Shown here: positions 50,368 through 61,458 of the stretch, in pieces
Layout: each line of letters starts with the position of its first letter
How positions within the stretch are numbered: the first letter of the stretch is position 1
Source: Eukaryota sp. TZLM1-RC
Taxonomy: Eukaryota; Protista; Metamonada: BaSk clade
Assembly: GCA_040285825.1 (NCBI GenBank)
Contig: JAUPSS010000007.1
Coordinates: 124,001-188,000 of the forward strand
Length of the DNA stretch: 64,000 bases
Reading direction: 5' to 3'
The notes under the pieces: generated by a model
Databases searched by the model: none
The model's input: the letters and a program-made list of their open reading frames with translations, nothing else
Told to the model about the DNA's origin: nothing
Program-made: the position numbers and the translations under genes

Positions 50368-50689
50368 TATTGAAAGTGCGGTTGCAGACCTGTTCTGATT
50401 TAATCAATCTCAAGTCGTCAAACATTTTCACCTGATTTAAATAAAACAATACATTCAGTGGCTGAATTTCTTGTCTCTTTATTGTCTTTTGCTTTATTAT
50501 CTTTTGGTCGCCTTAATGAAGGAAAAACTTTCAATCAATTCTTCTTGGCTGATTTGAGAGGTGAAGATTTAGAATTTTAATATTTGGTGTGGAGTATTAT
50601 TTCAAAATAAAAATTTATTCACTTAAAATACAGTATTTGAATCTTTATTATAATTATTCCAAGTCAATTGAGTTAATACAAACTCTATA

Positions 50690-51020
50690 TAACAATTTAT
50701 TGATCTTGCAGACTAAACAGAATAAACTCATAACTAATGGGATGAAATTCATGGACCCACGATTTTCTCTGCAACATCTTGATCTGCTTGCTGTCTAGCG
50801 AAAGCTTCTCTAATTCGATTGAAAAACCAAAGCAATCAATTAATAATTGCAAATTTAATTCGAGATCAAAATAAAAAGATATCAAATCTTTCCGAAGTCT
50901 ATTCTTGAACCATTTTTTGGACATGATTCAACAAAGTTTGTGCTTTTACTGATTGTCTTCCGTTTATAGAAAATGGGAAAGTAATGAAAAAGAGTGACCT
51001 ATTTCTATCAGCATTGGCTG
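50690..51020 (-). mobile_element. CRE-like lineage 3 RLE 3' fragment
   Basis: Reverse complement of TTTTCAATCGAATTAGAGAAGCTTTCGCTAGACAGCAAGCAGATCAAGA and the FPFSINGR segment. Confidence 0.78.
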
Positions 51021-51199
51021 ATCATCAAAATCATAAATTATCTAAGTTAATATTTGAATGAAATATTACTTCCTTAAAGTAACAAGTAAAGGTTTCTTTA
51101 GTAATGAAGTATTACTAGTAATAAGTAAGTCAGTTAAGAAAGTAATACTGCAAATTTGTTATTAACTGAGACAAATAATCAGTATTGGTGATCAAGATT

Positions 51200-53120
51200 C
51201 AAAATGGTAATAATTTTTGATACTTATAAGATAGATACCGCTAAGATTAAAAGATATTCAAATTACAGTAAGACAACTCTATTTTTCCATTTCAATAGTG
51301 GAATTGCCGAATGTCGGCCAAAATTGTTCGACTTGATTTTGGTTTCTGTTGTAGTTGTGAAACCAATGGAGAATGTTGTAATAAGAAAGTATTTCTAGAT
51401 CTGATTCCATTGAACTATGCGCAATTTTATGTTTGTTAAAAGCAAATGATTTTGTACAAGTTGAAGACCTTATCTTGCAAAGTTATCGTTACAGCCCTAA
51501 CCTTATTATTCATCTTTTTAAACAAACACTCTGTAGCAATAAGGTTCAATACGAGGGCGTTGAAATTGGATCCACATAATGAACCCCCAAACTATTTGTA
51601 TGCATTTTTGAACAAGATATGTTCCTTCAAACAACACGATAAAGACAGGAAACAATCTATGTGCTTTCTTATGTAAATAAAGTTGTATTAGAAATCGGTT
51701 GATATATGCCGGAATTAATGCCGTATTTTTAATCAACATATAGCACATAATCTAATTTACATTTTGGTAATTGCATTTTGAGTTCATCAAGTGGTGTAAG
51801 GAGATCCGTAAGGACCTCTTTTGTTTTGTTTGGCCATTGATCCAATTTGATTGCAAATTCAAGAGATGTTTCCTTCGCTAATTATGATTGCATATATGGA
51901 TGATGTTGTGCTTATTGGTGATTTAAATATTGTGAAACAAGCAGCTGTATGTTTTAAAGAATTTTTTACCAAAATTGGTCTCCGACTTAATTTACTTTAA
52001 TGTGTTTTGTTATCGAATTCTCCAGTTTCCACAATAGTTGATGGTATTGAAATTCAAGCCAAATTATATTTAATTGATGCTATTTGTCATTTGGGTCGTT
52101 TTTAGGAAATAATGATGAAATTACCAAAAAATGGTTTGAAAGGTTGAAGTCAATTTCTGACAAAATTGACCGAATGATGAATTTAGATATACAACAACAC
52201 ATCAAATTTAATATTATAAGACTGTGTTTTAGTTCCAACTTCAATTATATATATTTCGATCTACAAATCCTCTCGTCACTAGAACTTTGGCTCAGAAGTT
52301 TAATGAGTTACGTGCAAAAGTTCTGTCTCAATTACTGGGATGTAAAGTGTTCCAAATTCCAGACCATGTTTATGTTAGTCCACATTATGGCGGTTTAGGG
52401 TGGACGAAGGCTTCTATTCTTACCTCGTGTACTTTTGATCGATGCAGAAATGCAATCTTTGAGTTTTCCGAAAGATTTTCAGATTGGAAAGATATATTGA
52501 TGACAACGCAAAGTTCCACTATTTTTGCATTAAATGAGGAATTTTCAAAAATTGATGTAGAAAAATGGAGTCAATGCTTTCCACAATCATTCAATGGCAA
52601 TATTCCAGAAAAAAATGTTTTAAATTTGAAGTACACTCTTGGAACACTACAGAAAGGATTGACTGGAATGTATGAAAATGATCTTTATAATAATAAATGC
52701 AGCTCGGCTGTTTCAAATCATCACAGAAGAAAACTTAATCCTGTGAGTGCTCTTGATTGAAAAACAAAAGAAAAACATAGAAAATATGATAAAGATGTTG
52801 AAGAGGCTAATGCTGATAGAAATACACAGCTAGTTTTTATTACTTTCCCATTTTCGATAAATGGAAGATTATCAGATGGAGCAGAAAAAACAATGAGAAT
52901 CAGGTTCAAGAAAAAACAATGAGAAGATTTGATATTTTTTGAGGGCGTGCACGAATTCAATTTGCCATTATTAATAGATTATCTCAACTTTTTCAATCGA
53001 ATAAGAGAAGCTTTTGCTAGACAGCAAGCAGATCAAGATTTTGTAGAGAAAACCTTGGTTCAATGATAGTCGTCCCATTAGTTATGAGTTAATGTAATTA
53101 AGTGTTCAAGTTCAATAAAT
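51200..53120 (+). mobile_element. CRE-like lineage 3 non-LTR retrotransposon (RT + RLE end), internally deleted
   Basis: SSGV..GDP.GPLLFCLAIDP (about 51785), IAYMDDVVLIG (about 51887), SPHYGGLGW, the RLE C-terminus and the 3' UTR. The CCHC knuckle region is deleted. Confidence 0.85.
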
Positions 53121-53198
53121 AAAATCGGTTGAGGAAAAAATGGCATTCCCAAAATTCACTTGACATTTAGGGGCTTCTTCAACCCTCAAAAGCCTCCA

Positions 53199-54911
53199 AT
53201 GCATTCAACAAGTTCCACATCAATTGGTAGCAAGCCTCTCTTACTTGAATACGTTCCCAAACTCCACTCTTTTCCTACTGGAGGTGTTCTCCTCATCACT
53301 TTCTCTGGTTCTGTCAACTTTCTCCCTCTCGATGATATTGACGACAGTTGCGAAGACGTTCACCAAATCAGTAACTTCTCTGTTTGTTCCTTTGCCATTG
53401 AACACCAACCTCATCATAACATAGCCTCTATCCCATTATGTTCATTTCCTCCTACCAAGATTGAGTTTTGTTCAAAGTACAAACTTTTACTTGTAGTAGG
53501 AATGTCCATTGATAATGTCCCAAGCATCACAGTCTACCATCTCACCATTTCGTCCTCTCCACCTCATGCCACATCATCACATCAAACCACTAAACCCAAA
53601 CCATCACTTGTTTGTATCTTTTCTGATGCGCTTTTCGCTTATGCTGACGTGGCGTTGTGTCATCACCACCCTGGCATTGCTTACCTCCTCCACTCATCAC
53701 CTTCCCTTCTTCACTACCTCAACCTGCAACCCTACATCACTAACCCTAACCCTACCATACCCTCTCCTATAGGACCTTTAATAGTAGCTGGTCCTTGTAC
53801 TGGTTCATTAGGCCATGTAGTGAGAATGACGAGGTTGACTTATGTACAAGATCAAAAATATCAATTTTTGACCTACAATGATGAGTGTTGGGGGGAGTTT
53901 CAGCTATGGTCAATTGATTGCCTTGATCAATCAAATCAGCAATCAAGGTCAAGTGATTCAATTTCTTGGTCTTGTCATTCACTCTTTCTCTTCCTACCCC
54001 ATGCATCATTCCCTCTCCCTGCCCAATCGAAGCCAGACTTACTCACCAAACCTGAACCTACCAATGATGATACCTTGCACAGAACCTATATTAGCTCTGT
54101 CCACGGCTGTATCGACAATCATGACAGTCAATCAGATCAAATAGAAGGTCAATTTGCCATGTTGATTAGAAGGGAGTTTCCAAGAAGTAAGAACAACTGT
54201 TTCGGTGTTGCATTTGGTTCTATTGGTGATGTTTTTGAAGGAGTTTGCCCCGTTACTTTTCACAGATTCACTAGTGATCAAGCTAATTATATTACGGATT
54301 TAAAACATGCCAAGTGGACTAGGCCTTTTTTGTTGGGAAGCAAGCCTTCATTCGGGTGTTTGTTGAGGAATGAGTTGGTTGAAATGTTTCCGTTTGGTCA
54401 TTGTTTGGGAAGTTTTCTGCATTTTAGTTCCACAATAGACCAATTTACCCAAATAGGAAGGTATCGACGTGTTGCCGGTCATTCTGATGGTTCAATCAGT
54501 TTGATTATAGCAATACCTCCCTGTGCTTCTTTTGATTTAACTATATTTGAAGAAGTCGTCAGTAGAATGGATTTTGAAAGCGTCACCGCTGACACGGATA
54601 CACGAAATTTTCGACGTTTGGCAGGGTACGAAATTTTAGAATTTTCAGATGGTTGGGCACGTTTCACTGAAAAGAGTAGAAAGAAAGATGTAATTAGTGG
54701 TGGAAATTCTTTTTCCAGAGGTAAATGTGAAGTCTTGAAAGGTTTGAATTTAGTATTTTGCTTTGTCTGCAAGTCAATGTTGTTGATGCCGTTGGTCTGT
54801 GATAATTGTAAAGGTAAAACCTACTGTTCTAGGGAGTGTCAGGCTTTTGATTGGAAACGTCATCAAAAGGAATGTAAACGTGATTTGATTGGCAGTAAAG
54901 GAAAGAGTTGA
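53199..54911 (+). CDS. MYND-type zinc finger protein (C-terminal MYND, uncharacterised N-terminus)
   Basis: CFVC......CDNCK...YCSRECQAFDWKRHQKEC. First ATG at 53199. Confidence 0.85.
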   Translation: MHSTSSTSIGSKPLLLEYVPKLHSFPTGGVLLITFSGSVNFLPLDDIDDSCEDVHQISNFSVCSFAIEHQPHHNIASIPLCSFPPTKIEFCSKYKLLLVVGMSIDNVPSITVYHLTISSSPPHATSSHQTTKPKPSLVCIFSDALFAYADVALCHHHPGIAYLLHSSPSLLHYLNLQPYITNPNPTIPSPIGPLIVAGPCTGSLGHVVRMTRLTYVQDQKYQFLTYNDECWGEFQLWSIDCLDQSNQQSRSSDSISWSCHSLFLFLPHASFPLPAQSKPDLLTKPEPTNDDTLHRTYISSVHGCIDNHDSQSDQIEGQFAMLIRREFPRSKNNCFGVAFGSIGDVFEGVCPVTFHRFTSDQANYITDLKHAKWTRPFLLGSKPSFGCLLRNELVEMFPFGHCLGSFLHFSSTIDQFTQIGRYRRVAGHSDGSISLIIAIPPCASFDLTIFEEVVSRMDFESVTADTDTRNFRRLAGYEILEFSDGWARFTEKSRKKDVISGGNSFSRGKCEVLKGLNLVFCFVCKSMLLMPLVCDNCKGKTYCSRECQAFDWKRHQKECKRDLIGSKGKS

Positions 54912-55819
54912 ATAAAATTCAATTAAGATTTTTGTTATTTATTTACAACAAAGATTTCACAGAAAATAATTTTTGAAATTTCATAAAGTGCTTGTTTTTA
55001 ATATCATACTTGACCTCTCTTCCAACAAAATATATAATTAATTTGCTTAGCTCTTGATTAAGCTTACTATTAATATTACTGAGACCAACTACACAGTCTT
55101 TTGACTTGATATTTGATTTATTATATCATCAATGTACTATGATTATGTCACTCTGAACCATGTCACGAGTTGCTTCTTAATCAGAAGACTGAAAATAGGT
55201 ATTGATTCTTGGTTGAAAATATAATACAAAGTTCAATGGATTAAGTCAAAATTCTTGTTGTATTTCCTTTATTTTCAGAACAACAAACAAAAAACCATTG
55301 AAATTGTGCAAAACGTTGATTTACTATTCAATTTCATCGATTTTATCCAATTCATTGCAGATATTACGTTTATTATGTATAAATACAGAAGAACTTGCTT
55401 TTGTTATTATTTATAAATTTCATACCCAGAAAGCAACAACTCCGCGATTATTAAAAGAACAGACTGAATACTGATGTTTTTCCAGTATTTTATGTTTAAA
55501 CCAGAATATTGCAATCTTGTCAATGCTGTGCAAAATGACTGATTGAATATACCGAAGCGTCAATTGAGAAATTCAATTAACCAGAAACAACAAAAACATC
55601 ATTCATCTTTCATATTCATCCTTCCTTTCATAAACTGTAATACCCATAATAATCAATAAACTCAGTAAACAGGTCAGCAAAGCTCGTATAATTAAAATTA
55701 TTTAAAATAAAACTAAAATTAAAACAAACACAAAAATTGGATGCGAAATATTATAGCAACTGATTTGGATGACAAGTTGTTTATTTCGAAACACCGTTTT
55801 ATCTCAATAAACATAACCA

Positions 55820-56805
55820 TAACTAGTGAAGTTTATGCTAGCTATCCTTGTTCATTTGCATTTACTCAATGAGGTCAAGTGGTTGGGTGCAGAGTTTTTA
55901 TCAAATCAATTTATCAATCGACTCAAAAGTCCAAGAATATTGTTTTAATTTCCACGTGGGAGGAGTTTTTGCGACAAATGGTAAAAATAATGATCCTTTT
56001 CTTTTTCAGATGATACGATTATCTTATTTTGAAAATTCCAGTAATCTACAATCTTACATCATAAGCAATTCGTCAAAGGCTATCCACTTTTGTTTTCCTT
56101 GACACTTCATGTCTTTTTGTTATCGATATTGATGGTGTTGTTGAAAGTTTCGCATGGATGGTGTTGGCTTATGCAATAAAAATCCCACCAAGGTAATATT
56201 TTTTTCTTTAGAATTTTTGATCAATTTGCTTGAATGTAATCCGTTGTGTATAATAGTGGTGGGGTTATTGCTTGGTGTCTTTCGAGTAGAATAACTGATT
56301 TTTACGAAGATGTTCAAGAACCAATTTGTGTTGGAGCTTTCATTGATATAGAAGGTAATTCAGTAGGTCATGACTTCCTTTTTTCCTACTACATAAGTAT
56401 TGTTTGTTCCTGGGAAAACCCTTTTTGGGCAAGATTTTACACCAAATTCGGTATTAGTCAAAGTCTAGCTCAATTTTTTCAAGAAGTGTTGAATGATCAT
56501 CCATATCAAAATTCAGCCGATTTTAATTCAAATCAAATCTTTGTGGTGAATAATTGCATTGGACTACTGAAACAAGCCCCCATAAAAATTAACTCTAAAT
56601 TGACAAAGCTTGATGTTCACATGATGATGTGTCTTTAATGTGGGTTGATTATTGACAAATATTGTCATTTTGCCTAATTATTGAGGTTGTTGGATGATCT
56701 ACATGTGGTAGATGCTCAATAAACTGGGCACATTGATCAATAATTATGTGTCAGGAACTTGATTATTCACTTATCATGACAAAATTAGCCACTTCACTAG
56801 TGTTG
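55820..56805 (+). pseudogene. Heavily decayed RCC1-LRR pseudogene (copy E)
   Basis: YEDVQEPICVGAFIDIEGNSVGHDFLFSY, ARFYTKFGIS, KLDV and an LATSLV remnant. Confidence 0.75.
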
Positions 56806-56834
56806 CTTATTTTCCATCAATACATTTTTTTTAA

Positions 56835-58232
56835 TTTTTTATATTAAAAACCTATAAAGCAACATCTAAAAAATCCATCTCTCCCAAAACAAAAACACTA
56901 GATGCAACTCTCTCCTAGTGAGATCCAAGAGAAAGAAAAGCATCAGAAACCAACTTCAACATATCCTTAGAAATAGAAAACACAATTCTATTTTGCCAAA
57001 ACAATCTGTTGAAATTTTGTCAGTTCATTTTTTTACAATCAATTCAAAATCTGCCACAAAATGTATAGCCGTTAGAGCAAGTGAACCAAGAAGAGAAAAT
57101 ACAAATGGATACAAATTGTATTTTGCATGCTGTTGGCAGGACAATTTGGACAATGGTTCATTGTATATTTTGATTTTAAAATTTTCTGCATTTGCAAGGG
57201 GATTATGAATTTCAGAATTAACAAGCCTTTCATTTGAGGCATTGCAAAGATCAACAGACATTACATGCAATAAAATGAAGCTTCCATCTGATCCAGGTAA
57301 TATTACATCACCTCTATTATTCTTATGAAAATCATCTTCAGTATCAAACAGATTTGACAACAAAGGTTCCAAAAAGGTTTCAATTCAGTGAGACTTAAAC
57401 ATGCAATAAAACTGGTCTCTTACAGCATCGTGAACCTTGCTTCTTAAAGTAATAAAATGTTTACAATTTAACAAATGAGTAATTGTAATTTTTCGAGAAC
57501 ATTTGCAAATAGAATTATGAGGTAAATTATCAGGCGAGATAAAGGAAGGAAATCTCATATTCAAAGTCAAGGCAGAATCAGTTAAGAGAGTGCCATAAAC
57601 ATGAGGAATTATTGTTACTGAGGCAGAAGATGTTCTATCACACATATCTTGTAAAAGATTTGCAAAGAGATAAAGATTTTGTAGAGGAAAACTTGGTTCA
57701 ATGATAATCGTCCCATTAGGTATGAGTTAATTTAATTAAGTGTGCAAATTCAATACTTTATATTTGCAAAAGCGAGATTCTTTTTCTTGGCCAAGCCAAG
57801 TCTAACATCAAAATCCAAGCTTTCAAAAATCGTTCACAATTTTTGTTGAAGCTTTTGACAGCAAAACTGCATATTAAAAAGAGATCGGTTGGGAATTTTT
57901 TGAATTGATTGGCGAAAACATTTGGTCCAAATGTGTGGTGGCAATCAATCAAGTTCACAAGATAACTCATTCAAATATGGACTGCAGCTGGGAACTAATG
58001 GATGAGAATCATCAGGAAATCTACGAGAAAATTCATAAATAAAATTTTGCCACCACCCAAGAAAGCTGATTGACACAAAATTGATGATTTAGTAAATCCA
58101 ATACCACCCAAATTTGTTGAAGAAAATAAGTGATTTTTCAACATTAATCAGCAAAAATTCTTTTCTCAATGAATTAAAAGAACGACAAAAGCTAATGCTA
58201 TGGAGGGAGCACAAGATCTAAAATTGTGGGTT
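56835..58232 (-). mobile_element. CRE-like lineage 1 element, 5'-truncated; close paralog of 6290-7620
   Basis: Near-identical DNA to the 6.3-7.6 kb copy, with CKCSRKITITHLLNC, HDAVRD and RGDVILPG. Confidence 0.88.
57667..57761 (+). mobile_element. 95-bp 3'-terminal lineage-3 insertion with 9-bp TSD
   Basis: Flanked by ATTTGCAAA at 57658-57666 and 57762-57770. The empty site GATTTGCAAAAGCG is seen in the paralog near 7116. Confidence 0.88.
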
Positions 58233-58559
58233 ATTCAATACATAAAAAAAGTTGATGATTTAAGATATTTTATTTCATCAACTGATTTGGTGGTATTTGA
58301 TCTTGTTTTTAACAGAGTATTGGAACCAACTTTAACCCAATCTCTCGTCAGAGTGGAGTTACCAAACTTTGAGGAAATGATAGTCCACAGCGGTGTGTCT
58401 ACCAATGTCATTGATCAATAATTTCCTTCTATGAAATTTTTATACAAAATCATTCTTTATTAAAATTTCTTTATTAAATATTCTTAATGAGTATATATAT
58501 TGGTTAAGTAATTGAAAAAAAGGCACATCAAAGCAACTTTTTTTAGAATAATGTTTATT

Positions 58560-59090
58560 TATTTTTAAAACTGGAATAATTATTGAGACAAAAGAACCCA
58601 TCTAAATTTCAATATCCTCCAAACAAGCGTCACTATAACTGAACCTACTCACAGCATTACGTTCATATTCTACACCAATAGCTAAAAGTGACTTTGAAAT
58701 CATTGTTGGAATAGATTTGAAAATGCAAAAAACAATTCTATTTAACCAGAAAGTGGAGTTCATTGTTTTACCAGACCTATTCAATAACACTTTTTTAAAA
58801 TTTTCAAAAAAGTGCAAGCCTGAAGGCCCAATATTGCCAAAAAGAGAAATTGCAAACGGCACAAACTGATATTTCACATGTTCCACTCTATCTAACTGTG
58901 CCAAAGGTTCTTCATATTTTTGTATCTTCTTTTTTCGGCGTTAGATAACGGCGAATCAGCGGAATAGACTAAACGAGCAGCAGAATTTTTGCAAAAGTAA
59001 GTAACAATTACCATTGTTTTATCATTACGTGATCCTGCTTCCTTTAGTCTAGATTTTTGATGGTAATAAAGATTTGCATACACTGCTCAA
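58560..59090 (-). mobile_element. CRE-like RLE 3' fragment (lineage 1-related)
   Basis: SPLSNAEK...KYQFVPFAISLFGNIG...FWLNRIVFCIFK. Confidence 0.78.
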
Positions 59091-59218
59091 AAAAGAATTT
59101 AAACTGAAAGTAATTAACATATTTATTGTTTGCAAATCTGTGATAAAATTCTTCAAGCTAGGCCCAACTAAAGACAACCATGACAACCACTACTGACACG
59201 TCACACTGACGAAGCACA

Positions 59219-60343
59219 CTAAATCTCCACATCCTTTAAAAACCGCTCTACTTCCTCTCTCTTCATCTTAATAACCACACCTCTTCCTCTTCCCACAACA
59301 TCCTTCTCCTCAAGTATTCCATGTCGGAAATACTCGTTGAGCTTGTCCTGCAAAGAACTCGAATACTGTCTTAGTTCCTTTGACTTTCCCAGCTTTTCCC
59401 ACGTGACAAATAGTTGTGGTGACGTGTCGTGACGTGGCATTTCGGAACTGAGAGAAAGTGACAAAACACTTCTAAATACCTTACGCGAATGAAAGTTTAA
59501 ATGCTCATCAACATGGACCACGTTATCAAAACCAGCAAATGATGTGTCATGACGTGGCATTTCTTCTACTTTCCCTTCCATTCTCCGTTCTTCCTTCTCT
59601 TCCCGATGTATCGAAGGAGTGAACCTTATCCGTCGTGGATTCAGGAAGTATAGTTGAGAAGCATTGAGAGTACGTAGACCGGTGCGATCAGTGAGAGAGA
59701 AGACCAGGGAGAAGTTGCAGATGGAAACCAAGTATGAAAGGGGGGTGAGGAGAGAGCGAAAGCAGTCGTCATTGAGGTTGGTTATAGTTATTATGTAAGG
59801 TAATAATGGTTTGAAGTACTTTTTTGCTTTAAGAAAAAAATCTGAATTGAAATTGGAAACTTTTTTCAACGTTTTAGGTGCATTAGATTTGGACAATAAT
59901 TTCGACAATAAATGATTGAATATATTGTTTTTTGAGTTCTTCACAATAATAGGGTCCATATAATCACAGGAAATACCTTTGCTTCTAATAAACGAGCAAA
60001 ATGCTTTCAATTCCTTGTCAATAAAGATATTTGAGTCAATAAATAAAGAACATTTGCAATTGTTCAAAATACTGAGCCATTGATTAAACGTAGTTGAGTA
60101 GAACTTTGCTAGCCTTGGTAGGTTCTCTCTGTGCATGACCGGGGCAAATCGATCACGTGTGTAAGTAGAATCTGTAGATGAAAGAGATGGGCTTGAGGAA
60201 GAAGATGATTCAAAGCCGATTCTGCCATACAGTTCTAGTTGTTGGGCTGGTGTTAGTTTGCCAATGTCTTCTGGTAAAAGAAGGCGGGGAATATGAGACT
60301 TTTGTTTTGCGAGAGAGACATTGCGGCTAAGATAAGGTCGCAT
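59219..60343 (-). CDS. ORC2: Highly divergent origin recognition complex subunit 2-like protein
   Basis: By-eye colinearity with ORC2. LAKFYSTTFNQWLSIL ~ Y..F.QW...L. YIITITNLND..FR...LSYLVSICNFSLVFSLTD ~ LLIHNLD..LR...LS.L....LIASID. FLNPRRIRFTP...EE ~ FNWLWYETTTY.PY.EE. C-terminal winged helix HLNFHSRKVF...LQDKLNEYFRHGIL...VIKM ~ SLTPNARGIF...LRAQLTEFRDHKLI...LIPV. Confidence 0.7.
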   Translation of the reverse strand: MRPYLSRNVSLAKQKSHIPRLLLPEDIGKLTPAQQLELYGRIGFESSSSSSPSLSSTDSTYTRDRFAPVMHRENLPRLAKFYSTTFNQWLSILNNCKCSLFIDSNIFIDKELKAFCSFIRSKGISCDYMDPIIVKNSKNNIFNHLLSKLLSKSNAPKTLKKVSNFNSDFFLKAKKYFKPLLPYIITITNLNDDCFRSLLTPLSYLVSICNFSLVFSLTDRTGLRTLNASQLYFLNPRRIRFTPSIHREEKEERRMEGKVEEMPRHDTSFAGFDNVVHVDEHLNFHSRKVFRSVLSLSLSSEMPRHDTSPQLFVTWEKLGKSKELRQYSSSLQDKLNEYFRHGILEEKDVVGRGRGVVIKMKREEVERFLKDVEI

Positions 60344-60799
60344 GAAGGGAAAAAAGTTGGGGTGATGGGGTCCTGAAGAGGTTCACTCAAAGTTGAAAAC
60401 TTTGTTTTTTATTTGATTAGACAAGAGTATCATCTTCCTTGCCATGTTATTTTGAGTGATAATCAAGAAACTTTTTACACCGATTGGAGCTGTATCGTCG
60501 TCTATTCAAATTAAATCATTACAACAGTTTTTGTTAATTAAAACCTTCATCCTCAATCAATTGATTTAATACGAAAAATTATGCAAACCCAAAAATTATG
60601 CCAAAAATGCAAACATGAAAACTATAAAAAACTAAGGTTCAAAGCACGATTCAACATTAGTGATCATTAGTTGAATGAAGGAAGATCCTCACTATTTACT
60701 GGTTCATGAGCAAGACTTCACTGAAACTCTGTTCTTTTGGACAGTATTGAGTTAAAATAACGTGGTAAAGTCTTAAAGAGCAAGAAAACAATTCTGTTC

Positions 60800-61100
60800 C
60801 TCTAAATAAATTGATCAACAGAACGTCCTAATAATAAAAAATATAGATCATTCAGGAAAATCAGTCCATCTCTATACGAAGTACCAAAAGTATAAATTCT
60901 AATAACAATGCAATTAATTATACAAAAAACAATATTTCTGCCACGCTTTTTATTCAAACATACAAGTAAATCTTTAATCTTAGAGTGCTTATTCCTTGCG
61001 GTATTTCTGAGAGTTGATTCAATGCCGAGAGACGGTATAGTGAATTTATTAAAACAGTGTTTGTGCATTCGTAATGCAATAACCAAAAACACTGTCAGGT
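60800..61100 (-). mobile_element. Possible very decayed RLE C-terminal fragment
   Basis: RNIVFCIINCI resembles NRIVFCIFKSI of the lineage-1 elements. Confidence 0.35.
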
Positions 61101-61458
61101 TAGAATTTGAACTATAAAGCAACCGAAAACCTTTGAAAATATTGAAACACAATATTGGTACTGTAGATTAGACCAAAACTGGGGTCATACGAACATATAG
61201 TTTAATCTTGAACAATTGATTTAATTCACAATAGTTTTACAGCATACCTGTGCATGACGTCATGACAAAAGGTAAAAAGTTGTCATATACAGGTTTGTTT
61301 TGCAGAAGTATGACAAATGATTGACACGATCCTGTTGACCTAAAAATCGAGCTTTCAAACTATTAGGAAGTAAAAACACAAAAACAGGCGGTGTGATTGA
61401 ACCTTTATCTATACTGAAAAAATTTAAATTAAGGCAAATAATTTGCCTTTCTCTCCCA

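Noticed and set aside
51098-51125. AAGTATTAC within a small hairpin
   Set aside because: The nonamer is part of the stem rather than the loop, sits in low-complexity AGTAA-rich sequence, and has no rep nearby.
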